The notes under the pieces were generated by a model. That model searched no databases, was not told the origin of the DNA, and saw nothing but the letters and a program-made list of their open reading frames with translations. Both the position numbers and the translations under genes were made by a program. Shown in pieces: positions 18,154 through 28,011 of a stretch of 64,000 nucleotides of DNA (position 1 is the stretch's first letter; each line of letters opens with the position of its first letter). Source of the DNA: Alphaproteobacteria bacterium (GTDB lineage Bacteria > Pseudomonadota > Alphaproteobacteria > Bin95); NCBI GenBank assembly GCA_963665325.3, contig OZ224045.1, positions 1,984,001-2,048,000 of the forward strand. The letters run 5' to 3'.

Positions 18154-19625
18154 GGCGCATCTCCCCGATCTTCGTCCTCGCCCGGACCGGGCGTCTTGTC
18201 ATGGGGCAGCCAGGCCGGCGGCAGGCCGGTTGCGGCCTGGGCGTCGAGCATGCCCTTGAGCAGCGGCGGAAGTTCCCCCGTCCCCGCGCCGCCATTGCCA
18301 TCGTTGCCGCCGGGGCCGGCGGGACGGCGCACGCCATCGGCGTTGCCGCGCTTGTCGAGGGGGTACAGCGTGCACAGGCGCTCGCCGCCTCGACCGTCGA
18401 TCAGATCGACGCTGGCGAGGTTCCAGCGCGCGTAACGGATCCAGGCCTCGCGCAGGTGGCGCCACGGCTGTGGCACCTGGTAGCGGATGCCCTCGACCGA
18501 GACGGTGCCGTCCGAGCGCCTGAGCGTGCGCTTCCTGGTGATGCGGAAGGCCGCCTTGAGCTCGGCCGAGCCGGGGCAGGATCTCGACGCGTCGACGCTC
18601 CCGGCCAGGCGTTGATGCGGCGTCATGCCGAGCTCGCGGTGCTTGCGGCGGTGATAGTCCTGCTCCAGCCAGGCGATGGTGGCGTCGTTGAGCATCTTCA
18701 AGGTAAGCGCGTCGACGCCTTCGAGCTGAGCCATCAGGCGCGATTCGACCGTGCCCCAGAACGACTCGATCTTGCCGTTCTGATGGGGGCTGTAAGCGAG
18801 CGTCGTGACCCCCGCGATGCCGAGCCGGTGCAACCCCTCCTCGACCTCGCCCGCGGTCATCGCCGCGCCGTTGTCGGTCAGCAGGGACCTCGGCAGACCG
18901 CGCTTCATGAAGGCCTGGCAAAGGCCGTGGACGAACACCTCGGCGGTCTCGGCGAGGTACCACTGAAGGTGGCAGCCGAGGCGCGAGTGGTCGTCGAGGA
19001 AGCCGAGCAGGATCGGCGTCTTCCACTCGCCCGAGGCGGTCAGCACGCGACGCTTGGCGCTGTGCATGTCGGCGTGCCACAGGGCGTGAGAGCGCGAGAC
19101 CTCGTAGCTCAATACCTCGCGGGCTTCGACCGCCGGCCTGGCCTCGCTCTCATGCCACTTGCGCCGGCGCTTGCGTACCAGCCCGCGAGCCCGCATCGCC
19201 CGGGTCAGCGTCGCGTAGGACGGTATCGGGCCGAGCTCGGGATCGGCCTCGACCCGCGCGGCCAGATTCTCGTGATGAAGCTGCGCCGACCACGACGGAT
19301 GCGCCCGGTACTGCTCGTGCAGCGCCTCGATCAGCGTCGGCGACATCGCGCGCGGGCGCCCGGCATCGGCGCGCGGGCGCCGCTTGAGCGCCCCCACCGG
19401 ATCGTTGTCCGCCGCCCGCGCCTGGTAGTACCAGCGCTCGATCGTGGACACCGCGAAGCGCACCCGGCCCTTGCCGGACGGGTGATCCCACTCGCGTTCG
19501 GCAAGCCGCTCAAGCTCGGCGTGCAGCCGCCCCGCCGGCGGCGGCGAGGCCAGAAGCGGCCCGACCACCGCGAAGCGCAACCGCGCCCACCGGTCGCGAC
19601 GCTCGCTCCCGTCGTTGCTGTTCAT
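18150..19625 (-). CDS. DDE transposase, copy 2
   Basis: Same translation as copy 1. Confidence 0.92.
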   Translation of the reverse strand: MNSNDGSERRDRWARLRFAVVGPLLASPPPAGRLHAELERLAEREWDHPSGKGRVRFAVSTIERWYYQARAADNDPVGALKRRPRADAGRPRAMSPTLIEALHEQYRAHPSWSAQLHHENLAARVEADPELGPIPSYATLTRAMRARGLVRKRRRKWHESEARPAVEAREVLSYEVSRSHALWHADMHSAKRRVLTASGEWKTPILLGFLDDHSRLGCHLQWYLAETAEVFVHGLCQAFMKRGLPRSLLTDNGAAMTAGEVEEGLHRLGIAGVTTLAYSPHQNGKIESFWGTVESRLMAQLEGVDALTLKMLNDATIAWLEQDYHRRKHRELGMTPHQRLAGSVDASRSCPGSAELKAAFRITRKRTLRRSDGTVSVEGIRYQVPQPWRHLREAWIRYARWNLASVDLIDGRGGERLCTLYPLDKRGNADGVRRPAGPGGNDGNGGAGTGELPPLLKGMLDAQAATGLPPAWLPHDKTPGPGEDEDRGDAP

Positions 19626-19673
19626 TCCGGCATCCCCCTCGCTGCTTCGTGGAGGTGCCGATGATGCGGTGCC

Positions 19674-20288
19674 CTATCCGTGCATCATAGAAACGCTTTC
19701 TGCGGGCGAAGCCGGACCTGCGCCGAGCGCGCAAAAGCCGGTCCACGGCATCAGCCAGACCAGGCTCCGCAGCAGCCGCGAGCGGAAGCCACGGCCCCGC
19801 ATGATGCGCAGCAGCCGGCGCAGCGGCGCCTCTTCGGGCGGCGCCGCCAGCTCGCCCCGTCTCGCCTGCCACTCCCGGGTCAGCGGGAAGGCTTCCAGCC
19901 ACCAGCGCCGCCAGCGCTTCAGCGTCGAGGCCGGAACCCCGCACCGCCGCGCGATCGTCTGCAACCGCGCGCCGCCGGCCACAGCCAGCGCACTCACCAC
20001 AAGGAACAGCGCCCCGACGTAAAAGCGCCTGCCGAAGAAACGCACCGACGGCGGCTTCACGCGGCGTCGGCACACCGAACAGCACAGGCTGAAGCGCCGA
20101 ACGTCGTTCCGAAGATTCGCCGCCAGACCGTGCGGCTTGCGCGGGTAGCTCGCGCTGTGAAGCGCGCCGCCGCAGCGCGGGCAACCCGCCGCCCGGCACG
20201 CCTCCGCCTCGGCCGCGTCGACCTGCTTCAGAAAATCCCAAACCCGGGCGTTGGAGAGATTGGAGTGCCGGAACAGCTTGTGCGACAT
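19674..20288 (-). CDS. Zn-finger/HTH protein, copy 2
   Basis: Same translation as copy 1. Confidence 0.75.
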   Translation of the reverse strand: MSHKLFRHSNLSNARVWDFLKQVDAAEAEACRAAGCPRCGGALHSASYPRKPHGLAANLRNDVRRFSLCCSVCRRRVKPPSVRFFGRRFYVGALFLVVSALAVAGGARLQTIARRCGVPASTLKRWRRWWLEAFPLTREWQARRGELAAPPEEAPLRRLLRIMRGRGFRSRLLRSLVWLMPWTGFCALGAGPASPAESVSMMHG

Positions 20289-20894
20289 TGGGGCCGTCTC
20301 AGGTTGATGTCACTGTCACCGAGACAAGCCCTCCGGCGGCCTTCTTGCAAGATCGCCGGGGGGCACCCAATCCAAAACCTCGATTAATCCGAGCCGATCA
20401 GCCCCTGATCGCCGCTGAAAGCCTGCGCCCGCTCAGACGCTGGATTTCGGCCGGGACCCGGTTCCGAAGGAAGGCAACGGCTCGGTCATGGACCCGGCCG
20501 AAGCGCGCCTGGCGGAAGCGGTGCTTAGTGCCGAACGGTCGCTGTCGCTGATCGCGGAGACGCGCTCGGCCGAGGCGGACCTGAGGGTTCCGGACGTGCC
20601 GGAGAATGTGCCGCCCGAACTGCTTCTGAAGGTGACCCTGGACTACATCGGGCCGCTGGAGGAGCTGGCGCGGCAGCTGGCGGCGGGCGCAGGCTACGGG
20701 CTGGTGACGGCGGGCCGTCCGCCGCCGGCGCCGGTGCTGGTCGAGATCGAGGCGGATGACACGCCGCTCATCCACATCTTCAGGGATGCCGGCATGCAGG
20801 CGGCCGACCGCGCGCTTCTGACGGTGGACGCCGGCCGCATGACCGTGCGCCTTGACTGGTTCGAGGCCGAACCGCGCGCGCAGGGAACCGGCGG

Positions 20895-21761
20895 TTGATG
20901 CGGCTCGCGCGCTTCCTCCTCCCGGCCCTGGCCGTGCTTCTGGTCCCGTTGTGGGCAGCGGCGGAGGACTCTGCACCCCCCGATCTTGCGGCACTGCTGG
21001 AGGCAAGGCCCGGTGCGGAGCTGGGAGTGGAGTTCGGAGAGGAGAAACGCCGCGAGGCGATGCGCGCTGCCGCTCTGGCCTATGGGGCGCAGGGAGGTCT
21101 GGCGCGGCGGTCCTGGGAGATCGCGCGGGACGTGGTGGCGAAGCACGAGGCGAGCCTCGACAGGCTGTACGGGTTCAGGCGGTTGATGGAGAGCCGGCAC
21201 GGGTTCGTTCTGGTGCCGCCGGTTGTGGGCGAGACGCGCCAGGCGGTGCGCCTCGGGCGGGACGGGCGGCGCGCGGCCTCGGCGGCGCGCGTGGTTCGGA
21301 TCATGGAATCCGAGCGCCTGGCGACGGCGCCGCCGCACTGGCGGGACTTCCTGGTCCGTCGCTGGCGGGTTCCGGAGCCTCCGGTATCGGTGCTGTTCCC
21401 GCGTGACGACGTGGAGAAGGTGGACTGGGCGCGCTGGATCGCTCGCGGCTGGCAGGAGGGCGTGAAGCAGGCGGACGCGATCTTCGCGGCGGACCTGGAT
21501 CGTCTGAATGCGCTTCTGGAAGGGATCGCGCGCTGGAACACGCTCCACGGCGCCCGGATGGTGGGCGCTCCGAAGGTTGAGGTCAGCCGTTCGGCGACGG
21601 CCGGCGACGGCCGCGTGATGCGGGTCGGCGAGACGCTTGTGAGGCTCGGGCGGCCGGCGGAGCTTCAGCTTCGCTCGCGCGAGTGGCGCGGGTTCGTGTT
21701 CCGGAACGAGGGCGGTCAGGCGGGGGCCGGGCTTCCGGTGTGGTCGGAGGCGGGGCCGTGA
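20895..21761 (+). CDS. dotC: Type IVB secretion protein DotC/TraI
   Basis: AALAYGAQGGL, VLVPPVV, PPHWRDFL and WQEGVKQA motifs; position between dotD and dotB. Confidence 0.9.
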   Translation: MMRLARFLLPALAVLLVPLWAAAEDSAPPDLAALLEARPGAELGVEFGEEKRREAMRAAALAYGAQGGLARRSWEIARDVVAKHEASLDRLYGFRRLMESRHGFVLVPPVVGETRQAVRLGRDGRRAASAARVVRIMESERLATAPPHWRDFLVRRWRVPEPPVSVLFPRDDVEKVDWARWIARGWQEGVKQADAIFAADLDRLNALLEGIARWNTLHGARMVGAPKVEVSRSATAGDGRVMRVGETLVRLGRPAELQLRSREWRGFVFRNEGGQAGAGLPVWSEAGP

Positions 21762-22474
21762 GCGGCGTCAGGCACGGCGAAAGAGGTTACGGGAAGGTGG
21801 TGCCGTTCGGGAGACAGTCCGAAGCGGCCGGGGGCCGGCCAGGTGGGGCGCCAATAGCAGGTAAGGATGAGCAGGAAGGCGGCGACCGCCGTCATGAGCA
21901 GGGTGAACCGGGAGGGGCGGAGTACCAGCTTGCCCAGGGTGGGCGGACGGAACCGGAGGTACAGCAGGACGAGGAAAGCGGGCAGCGCGATGAAGTAGCC
22001 GGAGGCGCACAGGGCGGCCCAGGCTTTGGAAACGAGTATCGGGATATGGTCCAGGATGCGGGGAATTCCTTTGCCTTGACGTTGGCGCTGGCGATGCCGC
22101 TGGCGGTATGTGCTTTGGGGCCCGGCACGGCAGGTTGGAGGCATATAGCGGTCGCAGCCGGATACTACGGGCTTCTTTTCGTCTTCAGCAGTTGGGCGGC
22201 GCGGCGCTGGGGCGGAAAGGACGGGGTTCTCGCGCGGTCGGTATTCATGGAAAGCCGCATTGCGATCGTGCTGATCGGATTTGCGGCCGTGGGTTTCGGT
22301 TCGCCTGTGCTTCTGGAAATCGCGCCGGACGTGCTGGCGGTGGCGATCGCGGGTTCCGGGTTGGCCGATGGACGGGCGGTGGGATTGGAGGCGCGGATCC
22401 GCGGTCGTTCCGTGGCGCGGGCGCTCCTCTGCGTGGCGTCGGATCGCGGTGCCGGAAGGAAGGCGTCGTCATGA
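21758..22474 (+). CDS. Hypothetical membrane protein (divergent GLxD family member)
   Basis: GTGA and ATGA overlaps at both ends; acidic N-terminus then TM helices; SGLADGRAVG motif. Confidence 0.55.
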   Translation: MSGVRHGERGYGKVVPFGRQSEAAGGRPGGAPIAGKDEQEGGDRRHEQGEPGGAEYQLAQGGRTEPEVQQDEESGQRDEVAGGAQGGPGFGNEYRDMVQDAGNSFALTLALAMPLAVCALGPGTAGWRHIAVAAGYYGLLFVFSSWAARRWGGKDGVLARSVFMESRIAIVLIGFAAVGFGSPVLLEIAPDVLAVAIAGSGLADGRAVGLEARIRGRSVARALLCVASDRGAGRKASS

Positions 22475-23598
22475 CCGGCCTCTGGGCGCCCGGCGAGCAT
22501 GTGTTTCCGGTCGAGCGACTGGACGATTTCCTCCGGTGGGCGTGGGAGGAGCGGGCGTCGGACGTTTCGTTCCAGACGCAGGCGCCGGCATTGATCGAGG
22601 TGGACGGCCGGGTGCGCCGGGCGACGTTGGCGTCGCTGGACAACACGACCGTCGAGCGGATCGCGCGCGAGATCGGGCGGGAGACCGCGGACGGTGTGCT
22701 GCGGTCGGGCCGCGCGGTGGACTGCGGGCATGCGGTGGGTCTGGAGCGCGGTCTGGATATCCGGTTCCGCTGCAATCTCTCGCCGGTCCAGGTGAAGCAC
22801 GGTTTCGGGATCAACATCACGATGCGGCTCTTGCCGGGCGACCCTCCGACGCTGGACGAGCTGCATATCGAGGGTGAGATCGTTGAGGCCCTGGAGGCCT
22901 GCACGGGACTGAACCTTGTGACGGGCGTTCCGGGGAGCGGCAAGAGCACGCTACTGGCGGCGGGAACCAGGCGGCTTCTGGAGATGGGGGCGGGGCGCAT
23001 CCAGAGCTACGAGGCGCCGATCGAGTTCGTCTTCGACGGTGTGGAGACGGGCGGCGCGAGCCTGATGTCGAGCTCGGAGATTCCGCGTCATTTCGTGGAT
23101 TTTGCGGACGGGTTGCGGGCGAGCCTTCGCCGGCGCCCGGCGGCGGTGATCGTAGGCGAGGCGCGGGACAGGGAGACGGTGGAGGCGGCGATCAATGCGG
23201 CGGATTTCGGGATCGCGGTCTACAGCACGACGCACACGATCGGGGTGGCGAACACGGTCCGCCGGATGCTGAGCGAGTTTCCGGAGGACGAGCGCGACGA
23301 GCGCGGCGCCGCCCTGATCGACATGCTGAACCTGGTGGTGACGCAGGTGCTGTTGCCGAACCCCGAAGGCGGGCGGACGGCGGTGAGGGAATGGCTCGTG
23401 TTTGACGCCGACCTGAAGGCGGAGCTGCTGGACATGCGCCGCCAGTTTTGGCCGCGGCGGATATCCGAAGCGTTGCGGGCGACGGGTCACGGTCTGGCGG
23501 TGCAGGCGGAGGCGGTGTTTGCCGAGGGGCGGATCGGGGCGCGGGACCTCGCGCGCATTCGCGCCTCGCACGGCATGGCGGGGAGCGAGGCATCGTGA
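22471..23598 (+). CDS. dotB: DotB/TraJ PilT-like ATPase
   Basis: Walker A GVPGSGKST, YEAPIEFV, LRRRP...VGEARD, YSTTH and REWLVF motifs. Confidence 0.9.
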   Translation: MTGLWAPGEHVFPVERLDDFLRWAWEERASDVSFQTQAPALIEVDGRVRRATLASLDNTTVERIAREIGRETADGVLRSGRAVDCGHAVGLERGLDIRFRCNLSPVQVKHGFGINITMRLLPGDPPTLDELHIEGEIVEALEACTGLNLVTGVPGSGKSTLLAAGTRRLLEMGAGRIQSYEAPIEFVFDGVETGGASLMSSSEIPRHFVDFADGLRASLRRRPAAVIVGEARDRETVEAAINAADFGIAVYSTTHTIGVANTVRRMLSEFPEDERDERGAALIDMLNLVVTQVLLPNPEGGRTAVREWLVFDADLKAELLDMRRQFWPRRISEALRATGHGLAVQAEAVFAEGRIGARDLARIRASHGMAGSEAS

Positions 23599-23613
23599 TG
23601 GCGGGAGGCAGGA

Positions 23614-23886
23614 ATGGACGGGCTTGTGTGGCGCGACAGTGCGCGGGCGGTGAGGATCTGGGGCTTCGACGCGCGTCTGGCGCTGATGACGTTCGCCTGG
23701 CTGTTCTGGCCCAACATTGCGACGACGGTCCTGCTGCTGCTGGCGTTCGTGGCGTTCCGGGTGGCGGAGGCGCGGGGCTACCGGCTGCGGGCGGCGATAA
23801 GGCGGGTGCGCGCGGCGAGCTGCCGGGGCCGGCGCGCGCTTTTCCTCGACCGCTATCGGCGCTTTGCGGACTTGCACTGGCTCTAG
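23614..23886 (+). CDS. icmT: IcmT/TraK family protein
   Basis: 90 aa, WRDSARAVRIWGFDAR N-terminal signature, TM segment, basic C-terminus; GGAGG-type RBS. Confidence 0.85.
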   Translation: MDGLVWRDSARAVRIWGFDARLALMTFAWLFWPNIATTVLLLLAFVAFRVAEARGYRLRAAIRRVRAASCRGRRALFLDRYRRFADLHWL

Positions 23887-23891
23887 GCGCG

Positions 23892-24464
23892 ATGGGCGGT
23901 TTGCCGGCCGATGCCGGTTTCGATTTCGAGCCGGGGCTGCGGGAGGGCGTGCTGCTGCATGCGCCGGACGAGACATCGCTTGCGGAGACGGCGGCGAGGC
24001 TCGGACCGGCCGGGGTCAAGCTCCGCTGGGACCGGCGGGTGGAGGCCGGCAGGCCCGTGGACCGGGTCCATGGGGACTGGCGTTCGCTGCTGTTCGATGC
24101 GGGCCTGGCGTGGCGGCGGTTCGGGGACGAGCTGCATGTCCGGCCGGCCGGCATCCCCGAGGGCGAGATCGAGTTCGCGACGGCGCGCGCCGGCGCTTCG
24201 GACTGGCGTGTCTGGTCGGAAGAAACGCTGCGTTCGGTCATGTCCCGCTGGGGAGCGCGGGCCGGCGTCGAGGTCGTCTGGCGGACGGACCGCCATTACC
24301 GGGTTCATGACGGCCGGGTGTTTCGGGGCCACACGTTCGAGGAGGCGGCGGCGCTGCTGTTCGCGGCGCTGGGCGGGGTTCCGGACGCGCCGGCGGGAAG
24401 GCTGTCGGAGGACGGCGCTTCGATGGCGATGAAGCATGTGTGGAAAGGCGGGGAGGAGAAGTGA
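23892..24464 (+). CDS. Second TcpQ-domain protein (start uncertain)
   Basis: WRVWSEETLRSVMSRWGARAGVEVVW...FEEAAALLF resembles the TcpQ domain. Confidence 0.6.
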   Translation: MGGLPADAGFDFEPGLREGVLLHAPDETSLAETAARLGPAGVKLRWDRRVEAGRPVDRVHGDWRSLLFDAGLAWRRFGDELHVRPAGIPEGEIEFATARAGASDWRVWSEETLRSVMSRWGARAGVEVVWRTDRHYRVHDGRVFRGHTFEEAAALLFAALGGVPDAPAGRLSEDGASMAMKHVWKGGEEK

Positions 24465-25039
24465 TGGGGCAGGGGTTGTGGAGGTACGGCTGGGAAATCC
24501 TGCGGAAGCTCGACGGAATCGCGCATGGGGTCGACATGCTGCGTCTGGAAGTGAAGGGGATCGAGGCAGGGTCCGGGAGAGCCGATGACAGGGCGAGTTA
24601 TCGGCTGGAGCGGATGCATGACGACGTCCGGAGCTTGCTGGAGAGGCGGGAGAAGTCCGGAGGGTCGGGCGGCGTGGCGTTGGTGTCCGCGATTTCCGGG
24701 GGGATTGGCGGTTTTCTGCTGTGCGGAGGGCTGGCGATGGCTCTCGGCCTGGTGGACGGAAGGGATCTGCGGGGGGTCTGGCAGCCGAAACCGGCATCGG
24801 TGAGTGGGGTCGAACGGCGAGCGGTCGGTGTGCATATCGATGTTGTTCCGGCGCCGGAGGGGGGGACCGTCGAGACGCAGCCGTTCGCGGTTCCGCAGGG
24901 GTACTTGCGGGAGGTCGAGCTCCTGGAGGAGCGACGGGCGCGGGAGATTCGGCTGGGTCGCGGCCCGGAAGAATATCTGGGCAGGCGGGAGGACAGCATT
25001 GGGCTGCAGCCCGATGTCCCGATGGATACGGCGCCGTAG
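24464..25039 (+). CDS. Hypothetical protein with coiled coil and one TM segment
   Basis: RBS GGAGGAG and TGATG overlap with the previous gene. Confidence 0.5.
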   Translation: MGQGLWRYGWEILRKLDGIAHGVDMLRLEVKGIEAGSGRADDRASYRLERMHDDVRSLLERREKSGGSGGVALVSAISGGIGGFLLCGGLAMALGLVDGRDLRGVWQPKPASVSGVERRAVGVHIDVVPAPEGGTVETQPFAVPQGYLREVELLEERRAREIRLGRGPEEYLGRREDSIGLQPDVPMDTAP

Positions 25040-25056
25040 CGCGGGAGGGGCAGAGA

Positions 25057-25167
25057 ATGAGAGCAAGGACAGTGAAAGCGGTCCGAAGGGTCGCTGGTTC
25101 CTGGCTGATGGGCCTGGCGATCGTCGCCGGAACGGTGCTGTTCCTTGGAGGTCTGGCATGGATCTGA
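25057..25167 (+). CDS. Small (36 aa) single-TM protein
   Basis: RBS GGGAGGGG, basic N-terminus and hydrophobic helix; fills the gap in the operon. Confidence 0.4.
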   Translation: MRARTVKAVRRVAGSWLMGLAIVAGTVLFLGGLAWI

Positions 25168-25872
25168 AGGCAGGGGAGCGTCTCGGTCTCGAGGATCACG
25201 AGATGCGCAGCGTGGCGGCGTCTCTCTGGTGGAGTTTCACCTTGTTGTGCGCAGGAATGGTGGCGGTATGGCCGGTCACCGGAGGGCCCTGGGTTCTGCC
25301 TGCATATGGGCTGGGGGCTGCCCTGGCGTTTGTTGCGATGAGGATGCACGGGGCGGCTCTCGGGCGGGGGGAGAGTGGGAGCCGCTTTCGTCGCATGACG
25401 GGAGAGCTGCTCGTTCGGTGGGACCCGAGACCTGTCGCGATCCTGGTAACGGTCATGTGCGCTGTGTGGCTTGTCGCGGGGTTCCTGCTTGTTCCGTCCG
25501 AAGTGTTGTCTGGCGTGGAAAACCCCGGAGCGACAAAGGCGGAGATCGATGAAGCGTTTGAGGCACGCCTGAACGGGTTCGTAGAGCGGGCAGCGCCGTT
25601 GCGGGTGGCGGTGGCGGTTTTCGGATTGGTTGGAGCGGTCTGCGCCGGTCTGTCGGACTGGCTTTGGCTCGGCACGGTCGCAGGGAGGCTTGGGGTGAAG
25701 CCCTGGCAGGTCTTGCCGGTCGGGCTGAGCGGGCGCAGGCTTTCAGCGGCGATCAGGGGCTGATCGGCTCGGATTAATCGAGGTTTTGGATTGGGTGCCC
25801 CCCGGCGATCTTGCAAGAAGGCCGCCGGAGGGCTTGTCTCGGTGACAGTGACATCAACCTGAGACGGCCCCA

Positions 25873-26487
25873 ATGTCGCACAAGCTGTTCCGGCACTCCA
25901 ATCTCTCCAACGCCCGGGTTTGGGATTTTCTGAAGCAGGTCGACGCGGCCGAGGCGGAGGCGTGCCGGGCGGCGGGTTGCCCGCGCTGCGGCGGCGCGCT
26001 TCACAGCGCGAGCTACCCGCGCAAGCCGCACGGTCTGGCGGCGAATCTTCGGAACGACGTTCGGCGCTTCAGCCTGTGCTGTTCGGTGTGCCGACGCCGC
26101 GTGAAGCCGCCGTCGGTGCGTTTCTTCGGCAGGCGCTTTTACGTCGGGGCGCTGTTCCTTGTGGTGAGTGCGCTGGCTGTGGCCGGCGGCGCGCGGTTGC
26201 AGACGATCGCGCGGCGGTGCGGGGTTCCGGCCTCGACGCTGAAGCGCTGGCGGCGCTGGTGGCTGGAAGCCTTCCCGCTGACCCGGGAGTGGCAGGCGAG
26301 ACGGGGCGAGCTGGCGGCGCCGCCCGAAGAGGCGCCGCTGCGCCGGCTGCTGCGCATCATGCGGGGCCGTGGCTTCCGCTCGCGGCTGCTGCGGAGCCTG
26401 GTCTGGCTGATGCCGTGGACCGGCTTTTGCGCGCTCGGCGCAGGTCCGGCTTCGCCCGCAGAAAGCGTTTCTATGATGCACGGATAG
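25873..26487 (+). CDS. Zn-finger/HTH protein, copy 3
   Basis: Same translation as the other copies. Confidence 0.75.
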   Translation: MSHKLFRHSNLSNARVWDFLKQVDAAEAEACRAAGCPRCGGALHSASYPRKPHGLAANLRNDVRRFSLCCSVCRRRVKPPSVRFFGRRFYVGALFLVVSALAVAGGARLQTIARRCGVPASTLKRWRRWWLEAFPLTREWQARRGELAAPPEEAPLRRLLRIMRGRGFRSRLLRSLVWLMPWTGFCALGAGPASPAESVSMMHG

Positions 26488-26535
26488 GGCACCGCATCAT
26501 CGGCACCTCCACGAAGCAGCGAGGGGGATGCCGGA

Positions 26536-28011
26536 ATGAACAGCAACGACGGGAGCGAGCGTCGCGACCGGTGGGCGCGGTTGCGCTTCGCGGTGGTCGG
26601 GCCGCTTCTGGCCTCGCCGCCGCCGGCGGGGCGGCTGCACGCCGAGCTTGAGCGGCTTGCCGAACGCGAGTGGGATCACCCGTCCGGCAAGGGCCGGGTG
26701 CGCTTCGCGGTGTCCACGATCGAGCGCTGGTACTACCAGGCGCGGGCGGCGGACAACGATCCGGTGGGGGCGCTCAAGCGGCGCCCGCGCGCCGATGCCG
26801 GGCGCCCGCGCGCGATGTCGCCGACGCTGATCGAGGCGCTGCACGAGCAGTACCGGGCGCATCCGTCGTGGTCGGCGCAGCTTCATCACGAGAATCTGGC
26901 CGCGCGGGTCGAGGCCGATCCCGAGCTCGGCCCGATACCGTCCTACGCGACGCTGACCCGGGCGATGCGGGCTCGCGGGCTGGTACGCAAGCGCCGGCGC
27001 AAGTGGCATGAGAGCGAGGCCAGGCCGGCGGTCGAAGCCCGCGAGGTATTGAGCTACGAGGTCTCGCGCTCTCACGCCCTGTGGCACGCCGACATGCACA
27101 GCGCCAAGCGTCGCGTGCTGACCGCCTCGGGCGAGTGGAAGACGCCGATCCTGCTCGGCTTCCTCGACGACCACTCGCGCCTCGGCTGCCACCTTCAGTG
27201 GTACCTCGCCGAGACCGCCGAGGTGTTCGTCCACGGCCTTTGCCAGGCCTTCATGAAGCGCGGTCTGCCGAGGTCCCTGCTGACCGACAACGGCGCGGCG
27301 ATGACCGCGGGCGAGGTCGAGGAGGGGTTGCACCGGCTCGGCATCGCGGGGGTCACGACGCTCGCTTACAGCCCCCATCAGAACGGCAAGATCGAGTCGT
27401 TCTGGGGCACGGTCGAATCGCGCCTGATGGCTCAGCTCGAAGGCGTCGACGCGCTTACCTTGAAGATGCTCAACGACGCCACCATCGCCTGGCTGGAGCA
27501 GGACTATCACCGCCGCAAGCACCGCGAGCTCGGCATGACGCCGCATCAACGCCTGGCCGGGAGCGTCGACGCGTCGAGATCCTGCCCCGGCTCGGCCGAG
27601 CTCAAGGCGGCCTTCCGCATCACCAGGAAGCGCACGCTCAGGCGCTCGGACGGCACCGTCTCGGTCGAGGGCATCCGCTACCAGGTGCCACAGCCGTGGC
27701 GCCACCTGCGCGAGGCCTGGATCCGTTACGCGCGCTGGAACCTCGCCAGCGTCGATCTGATCGACGGTCGAGGCGGCGAGCGCCTGTGCACGCTGTACCC
27801 CCTCGACAAGCGCGGCAACGCCGATGGCGTGCGCCGTCCCGCCGGCCCCGGCGGCAACGATGGCAATGGCGGCGCGGGGACGGGGGAACTTCCGCCGCTG
27901 CTCAAGGGCATGCTCGACGCCCAGGCCGCAACCGGCCTGCCGCCGGCCTGGCTGCCCCATGACAAGACGCCCGGTCCGGGCGAGGACGAAGATCGGGGAG
28001 ATGCGCCATGA
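26536..28011 (+). CDS. DDE transposase, copy 3
   Basis: DDE motifs; RBS GAGGGGG. Confidence 0.92.
   Translation: MNSNDGSERRDRWARLRFAVVGPLLASPPPAGRLHAELERLAEREWDHPSGKGRVRFAVSTIERWYYQARAADNDPVGALKRRPRADAGRPRAMSPTLIEALHEQYRAHPSWSAQLHHENLAARVEADPELGPIPSYATLTRAMRARGLVRKRRRKWHESEARPAVEAREVLSYEVSRSHALWHADMHSAKRRVLTASGEWKTPILLGFLDDHSRLGCHLQWYLAETAEVFVHGLCQAFMKRGLPRSLLTDNGAAMTAGEVEEGLHRLGIAGVTTLAYSPHQNGKIESFWGTVESRLMAQLEGVDALTLKMLNDATIAWLEQDYHRRKHRELGMTPHQRLAGSVDASRSCPGSAELKAAFRITRKRTLRRSDGTVSVEGIRYQVPQPWRHLREAWIRYARWNLASVDLIDGRGGERLCTLYPLDKRGNADGVRRPAGPGGNDGNGGAGTGELPPLLKGMLDAQAATGLPPAWLPHDKTPGPGEDEDRGDAP

Larger units (their letters stand above)
16052..20435 (-). mobile_element. Copy 2 of the 4,384-bp transposon; 5-bp TSD GACGC
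   Basis: GACGC at 16047-16051 and 20436-20440. TGAG...CTCA termini; imperfect terminal inverted repeat (13 of the first 21 nt match). Confidence 0.97.
15985..20898 (+). pseudogene. dotD: DotD/TraH lipoprotein split by transposon copy 2 (15985-16051 plus 20441-20898)
   Basis: Removing the element and one GACGC restores the frame MSVGAAAGAFLVGAVALSGCQTLDFGRDP...MDPAEARLAEA. Lipobox LSGC; DYIGPLEEL motif; lies before dotC. Confidence 0.85.

Noticed and set aside
16051-20436. Alternative element ends CTGAG...CTCAG with a shorter TSD
   Set aside because: Copy 1 ends CTCAC, so the outer C and G belong to the target. TG...CA ends fit all four copies.
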